From an uncultured Flavobacteriales bacterium (GTDB lineage: Bacteria > Bacteroidota > Bacteroidia > Flavobacteriales_G > JALEGO01): 64,000 bases of DNA. Of this stretch, positions 59,611-64,000 are shown in pieces (position 1 is the first letter of the stretch; the number at the start of each line of letters is the position of its first letter). The position numbers and the translations under genes were made by a program. The notes beneath the pieces were generated by a model that searched no databases, was not told the DNA's origin, and was given only the letters and a program-made list of their open reading frames with translations. The stretch covers positions 19,094 to 83,093 of the forward strand of contig CAZEIM010000001.1 of assembly GCA_964512145.1 (NCBI GenBank), in the 5' to 3' direction.

Positions 59611-60825
59611 ATGATTACCAGTTCAGATGCTTTTAAGTCCTTTAAAGGATCTTTATTACCACAGGAAGAAATGTTGGAAGTTCAGGTTCGAAAAGGAAAG
59701 TTATTTATAGGAATCCCAAAAGAAATATCATTTCAAGAGAGTAGGGTAGCTTTAGGTCCATCTTCTGTAGGATTATTAGTTAATAATGGACATAAAGTAG
59801 TGATACAAAGAGGAGCAGGAGAAGGGGCGAATTTTTCAGATAAAGACTACAGCGAAGCTGGTGCTGAGGTAGTAGAGGATGCACAGGCAGTTTACAAAGC
59901 CGATTTAATTATAAAAGTGGCTCCACCTTCTATTGAAGAAATAGAATTATTACATAAAAATCAACTATTAATTTCTGCTTTGCAATTAGCAACCAGAAAT
60001 GCTGATTATTTTAAAAAACTTACTTCCAAAAAGGTAACAGCTATTGCTTGGGATTTTATAAAAGATGAAGCCGGAATACTTCAGGTTGTTCGAGCTATGG
60101 GAGAAATTGCTGGAACTACGGCTATATTAATTGCTTCTGATTATTTATCCAAATCTAAAAACGGCTTGGGCTTAATGTTAGGAGGAATTACTGGTGTAGC
60201 ACCAACATCGGTAGTAATTTTAGGAGCCGGTAGCGTAGGTGAGAATGCTGCTCGTGCTGCCTTAGGTTTAGGCGCCAGTGTGAAGGTTTTTGATAACTCT
60301 ATCTATAAATTAAAAAGATTGCAAGATTCCATTGGGCATAAAATATTTACTTCTACGCTTCAGCCCAAAGACTTAATAAAGGCTTTAAAAAGAGCTGATG
60401 TTGTAATTGGAGCATTAAAAGCTCCTGCAGGAAGAACTCCGTGCATTGTTTCGGAAGAAATGGTTCAAGAAATGAAAGAAGGAACGGTTGTTATTGATGT
60501 AAGTATTGATCAAGGAGGTTGTTTTGAAACATCAAAAGTTACAGATCACAATAAACCAGCATTTACCAAGTATGGTGTAATACACTATTGTGTGCCAAAC
60601 ATTGCTTCAGCTGTTTCTAGAACAGCCTCTATTGCATTGAGTAATATTTTTGCTCCAGTTTTACTTAGTATTGGCGAAGAAGGCGGATTGGATCAATTAA
60701 TAAGAAAAAGCATAGGACTACGTAATGGTGTATATATGTATAAAGGGGTTTTAACCCATAAAGACATTGGCAATAATTTTAAACTCTCTTATAAGGATAT
60801 TAATTTATTGTTTCCTTTATTGTAA
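59611..60825 (+). CDS. ald: Alanine dehydrogenase family protein
   Basis: It has the NAD fold VVILGAGSVGENAARAALGLGASVKVFD and an AlaDH/PNT N- and C-domain layout. The length is 404 aa. Confidence 0.75.
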   Translation: MITSSDAFKSFKGSLLPQEEMLEVQVRKGKLFIGIPKEISFQESRVALGPSSVGLLVNNGHKVVIQRGAGEGANFSDKDYSEAGAEVVEDAQAVYKADLIIKVAPPSIEEIELLHKNQLLISALQLATRNADYFKKLTSKKVTAIAWDFIKDEAGILQVVRAMGEIAGTTAILIASDYLSKSKNGLGLMLGGITGVAPTSVVILGAGSVGENAARAALGLGASVKVFDNSIYKLKRLQDSIGHKIFTSTLQPKDLIKALKRADVVIGALKAPAGRTPCIVSEEMVQEMKEGTVVIDVSIDQGGCFETSKVTDHNKPAFTKYGVIHYCVPNIASAVSRTASIALSNIFAPVLLSIGEEGGLDQLIRKSIGLRNGVYMYKGVLTHKDIGNNFKLSYKDINLLFPLL

Positions 60826-61215
60826 ATGTGGCGCAGGGTTAGAATTTATTTATTGGGTGTTTTTTTAGGAACTCTGTTTGTGTATTTCTTTTTAATACGA
60901 GGAAAAGACAGAAATTTTTCTTTTTGGTTTCCTTCCAATAGAATCATCGAGGAAATTCAAACCAAAAAAATGAATGTGACTCCGCGTGCTTTTTGTATGT
61001 TGACTTGTATGCAAACAGACACTTCCAATATTAAGCCATTGCTAAAAAATGCCACTATTGATTTTTCTAAAAGTTTACCCAGAAATACCCCAAAAACCTA
61101 CTATTTAAGTTTACAAAACATGCACATTTGGGTTGAAGTAAATAAAAATAATTCAACCTTACTGAACGTTTTTCCTGTGTCGGATACCCTGAAATGCGAT
61201 TGCAATGTTAAATAA
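60826..61215 (+). CDS. Hypothetical membrane-anchored protein (129 aa)
   Basis: It has one N-terminal TM segment (IYLLGVFLGTLFVYFFLI). It starts directly after the ald stop and overlaps aroB by 11 nt. Confidence 0.45.
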   Translation: MWRRVRIYLLGVFLGTLFVYFFLIRGKDRNFSFWFPSNRIIEEIQTKKMNVTPRAFCMLTCMQTDTSNIKPLLKNATIDFSKSLPRNTPKTYYLSLQNMHIWVEVNKNNSTLLNVFPVSDTLKCDCNVK

Positions 61216-62266
61216 GGAAAATAACCCTATACCTGTAATAGTTGATCGCCATATTCACCCATACATCGATACATTTTTTAAAGAAAATAATTTTTCTAAA
61301 ATTATAGTACTTACCGATTCAAATACACACACACATTGTTTGCCCTATATTGATTTACACAGCAGTGTTTTTTCTAATGCCGAAATCATTGAAATTGAAG
61401 TAGGGGAGGAGCATAAAAATTTAGATACTGCTCGCTTAATTTGGGAAACTTTATTAGATATTCAAGCCGATAGAAATAGTGTGTTGGTTAATTTAGGCGG
61501 TGGTGTAGTGTGTGATATTGGGGGGTTTTGTGCTTCAACATTTCAGCGAGGTATTTCGTATATAAATATACCGACTTCTCTTATGGCTCAAGTAGATGCT
61601 TCCATTGGAGGTAAAACGGCTATAAATTTAAATGTGATTAAAAATCAAGTAGGAACTTTTTATAATCCAAGGGCTGTTTTTATTTGTCCCGAATTTTTAA
61701 AAACCTTACCCGAAAGAGAATATATTTCGGGCATGGCCGAAGTATTTAAACATGCTTTAATTTGTAATAAAGAATTATGGTTTGAACTTGCTCATAACTC
61801 CATTTCTTTTGATCATTTAATTCGATTACAGTGGATTGAAAAAAGCGTAAAAATAAAACAAGACATTGTTCAACAAGACCCATTCGAAAAAGACCTTAGA
61901 AAAGTATTAAATGTAGGTCATACCATAGGACATGCATTAGAAACTTTTTTTATGCAAACAGAATCTCCGTTAAGTCATGGAGAAGCCGTTGCATTAGGAA
62001 TAATGTATGAAATAAAGGTTAGTTATAAATTAGGATATCTTGAAAAATCGGTTATGTTAGAAATTATTCAAACCTTACAAAAAATTTATTCCATGCCGGC
62101 TTTTTCTTTTGAAACGATTGAAATCATTAGAATCATTAAAAGTGACAAAAAAAATAGTCGAGGTACTATTTATCTTCCCCTGCTTAAAGATATTGGCGAC
62201 TATATTTTACATGTAGCAGTACCAGAAAAGGTATTATCGGAAGTATTGAGTGAAAAAGGTATTTAA
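61205..62266 (+). CDS. aroB: 3-dehydroquinate synthase
   Basis: It has LGGGVVCDIGGF, GGKTAINL and the metal ligand context NVGHTIGHALE ... HGEAVALG. Confidence 0.85.
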   Translation: MLNKENNPIPVIVDRHIHPYIDTFFKENNFSKIIVLTDSNTHTHCLPYIDLHSSVFSNAEIIEIEVGEEHKNLDTARLIWETLLDIQADRNSVLVNLGGGVVCDIGGFCASTFQRGISYINIPTSLMAQVDASIGGKTAINLNVIKNQVGTFYNPRAVFICPEFLKTLPEREYISGMAEVFKHALICNKELWFELAHNSISFDHLIRLQWIEKSVKIKQDIVQQDPFEKDLRKVLNVGHTIGHALETFFMQTESPLSHGEAVALGIMYEIKVSYKLGYLEKSVMLEIIQTLQKIYSMPAFSFETIEIIRIIKSDKKNSRGTIYLPLLKDIGDYILHVAVPEKVLSEVLSEKGI

Positions 62267-62274
62267 TTTTTGGG

Positions 62275-63522
62275 ATGAGTTTTGAATTATCTAACCATAC
62301 ATCGAATATACTTATTCAACTTCCGGCTTCAAAAAGCATAAGTAACCGAATTTTAATAATTCGCGAAATTTTAGGACATGAAATTCAGGTTAAAAATATT
62401 TCTGAAGCTAGGGATACTAAAATTTTACTAGACAATATACAAAAGCTACACACAGAAAAAGAATTTAATGCACAAGATGCCGGCACCACTTTTCGATTTT
62501 TACTGGCTTTATTTAGTATATTGCCTGGTGAACGCATTCTTACAGGGAATCATAGAATGTTAGAACGCCCCATTATGCCATTAGTTTTATTGTTGCGAAT
62601 ACTTGGGGCAGAAATTAATTGTATTGAAAAAGAAGATTTTCCTCCTTTTAAAATTACTGGAAAAAAAATATTAGGTGGAGAGGTATATATGAATGAGGTT
62701 ATTAGCAGTCAGTTTATTTCTGCTTTATTGTGTATTGCTCCAACTTTACCTCAAGGATTAATCATACATATCCCTTGGGAAAAACAATGGTCAAAATCGT
62801 ATATTTTGTTAACCTTGCATGTTTTACAGCAATGTGGTGTTACTTGTGGGATTTCTCAAAATAAGTTGTTTGTTGAACCTATAGTTAGGACACTACCTTT
62901 ACAATACATAGTAGAATCTGATTGGTCTTCGGCATCGTATTGGTATTTATGGGTACTGGTGAATCCCAATATTGTATTAACATTACATAATATTCATAAA
63001 AATAGCCCACAGCCCGATGCGGTATGTGCTTCTGTTTTTAGTTTTTTTGGGATAGAAAGTATTCAGGTTGAGGACAATTTGTTGATTCAATATACCAGCA
63101 TACAAGAAAACCTTAATGTTTTTGAATATGATGTGAGCGATTGTCCCGATTTGATGCAGACGTTAGTCGTTGCTTGTGTTATATTATCTGTTAAAGCTAA
63201 TTTTAAAGGCGTAAAAACCTTATTGTATAAAGAAACCAATCGCCTATTGGCTATGCAGCTAGAACTTAAAAAAATTGGGGTTGAATGTTCGTATACAGAC
63301 AATTCTTTTACCATTCATAATACTCGAAAAAATACAGATGAGGCTATCATCTTTGAAACCTATGATGATCATAGAATGGCAATGTGTTTAGCCCCACTAT
63401 CTGTTTTGTATAACATATCATTTAACAACTATAAAGTTGTAGAAAAATCCTACCCAAACTATTGGAGTGAATGTGAAAAACTGGGGGTTAAATTCAACAT
63501 AAATATGATGGATAAAGATTAG
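62275..63522 (+). CDS. aroA: 3-phosphoshikimate 1-carboxyvinyltransferase (EPSP synthase)
   Basis: It has LPASKSISNRILII, DAGTTFRFL, KETNRL and DDHRMAM. Confidence 0.85.
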   Translation: MSFELSNHTSNILIQLPASKSISNRILIIREILGHEIQVKNISEARDTKILLDNIQKLHTEKEFNAQDAGTTFRFLLALFSILPGERILTGNHRMLERPIMPLVLLLRILGAEINCIEKEDFPPFKITGKKILGGEVYMNEVISSQFISALLCIAPTLPQGLIIHIPWEKQWSKSYILLTLHVLQQCGVTCGISQNKLFVEPIVRTLPLQYIVESDWSSASYWYLWVLVNPNIVLTLHNIHKNSPQPDAVCASVFSFFGIESIQVEDNLLIQYTSIQENLNVFEYDVSDCPDLMQTLVVACVILSVKANFKGVKTLLYKETNRLLAMQLELKKIGVECSYTDNSFTIHNTRKNTDEAIIFETYDDHRMAMCLAPLSVLYNISFNNYKVVEKSYPNYWSECEKLGVKFNINMMDKD

Positions 63523-63540
63523 ATTTTTATTGCCTTAAAA

Positions 63541-63567
63541 TATAGTTACTCTAAACGTGTAACTATA
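63541..63567 (+). terminator. Hairpin downstream of aroA (putative terminator, no U-tract)
   Basis: A perfect 9-bp inverted repeat, TATAGTTAC / GTAACTATA, has a 9-nt loop. It begins 19 nt after the aroA stop. Confidence 0.45.
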
Positions 63568-63704
63568 GATTAAAAATTAAAACTTATGATTCACGTTAAA
63601 ATCAAATCACAAAAGAACATTTTTGTTTTTTAAGTAATTGATTCTGAATTACATTTTTAAAATTTAATAAGAATTTGAAACACAAAAATGTGTGTGGATT
63701 TGTG

Positions 63705-63737
63705 TTGTACGTATTAAAAATGTATATTTGTACGTAT
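63705..63737 (+). promoter_or_regulatory. Putative promoter/operator: two direct copies of TTGTACGTAT (each containing the palindrome TACGTA) bracketing a -7 box TATATTTG (63723-63730)
   Basis: The copies lie at 63705-63714 and 63728-63737. The TAnnTTTG match lies between them, 20 nt upstream of the ATG at 63750. Confidence 0.35.
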
Positions 63738-63749
63738 AACGAGAACTTT

Positions 63750-63995
63750 ATGGACACAAAACTAACGTTAAAACTGGATAAGGAAATTATAAGCCGGGCA
63801 AAACTTTATGCTGAATCCAAAAAAATTAGTCTTTCAAAACTTATCGAAAGCTATTTGTATTCGCTTACGAAAGAAAATTCAAATAAAGATAAAGTATCGC
63901 CATTGGTAGAAAGTTTATCAGGAGTCATCGAATTGCCAAAAAACTATAATGAAAAAGATGACTACACAGACTATCTAACTCAAAAATATAAATGA
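63750..63995 (+). CDS. Small ribbon-helix-helix-like putative antitoxin (81 aa)
   Basis: MDTKLTLKLDKEIISRAKLYAESKKISLSKLIESYL has the beta-strand/helix/helix pattern of RHH/CopG-like antitoxins. Its stop overlaps the next ATG (ATGA). The internal ATG is preferred over the track start at 63675 because of the promoter motif. Confidence 0.5.
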   Translation: MDTKLTLKLDKEIISRAKLYAESKKISLSKLIESYLYSLTKENSNKDKVSPLVESLSGVIELPKNYNEKDDYTDYLTQKYK

Positions 63996-64000
63996 CCAAA
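63992..64000 (+). CDS. First 3 codons (MTK) of a downstream gene overlapping the antitoxin stop; possible toxin partner
   Basis: The junction is an ATGA overlap. Only 9 nt lie inside the window, so identity cannot be assessed. Confidence 0.2.

Overview
This window is an AT-rich, gene-dense chromosomal segment that reads as a low-GC member of the Bacteroidota. The evidence is: T9SS type A and type B C-terminal sorting domains; a PorP/SprF gene; the bamD-rpoZ-coaBC arrangement; an atpBEFHAG operon without atpDC; TAnnTTTG -7 boxes directly upstream of several starts; signal peptides that end just before Gln; and no obvious Shine-Dalgarno sites. I count about 58 protein-coding genes. Most are housekeeping: lon, queA, ispD, ispH, coaBC, fabH, gdhA, F-type ATPase, polA, ltaE, tsaE, ald, aroB, aroA, and a comEC fragment at the left edge that the ORF track misses because it runs off the window. 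Envelope and secreted proteins are interspersed: an Omp85-family protein, BamD, a TonB-dependent receptor, an M23 peptidase, an S8 peptidase, and at least three T9SS cargo proteins. I found no rRNA, tRNA, CRISPR array, transposase, integrase or recognisable anti-phage defence gene. The one locus clearly out of character is 36.2-40.4 kb, which holds two tandem, GC-rich collagen-like (Gly-X-Thr) fibre genes. They share a near-identical N-terminal module, have different C-terminal heads, and one contains an 87-bp periodic array. They sit between ispH and an aldo/keto reductase. Secondary candidates are a LamG / ECF sigma / anti-sigma / PorP-SprF cluster (52.6-55.7 kb), an uncharacterised three-gene envelope operon (13.5-16.7 kb), an orphan type B CTD vWA adhesin, and a probable toxin-antitoxin start at the right edge. 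I cannot demonstrate a genuinely novel system from sequence alone. All functional calls rest on motif recognition in the translated ORFs, not on database searches.
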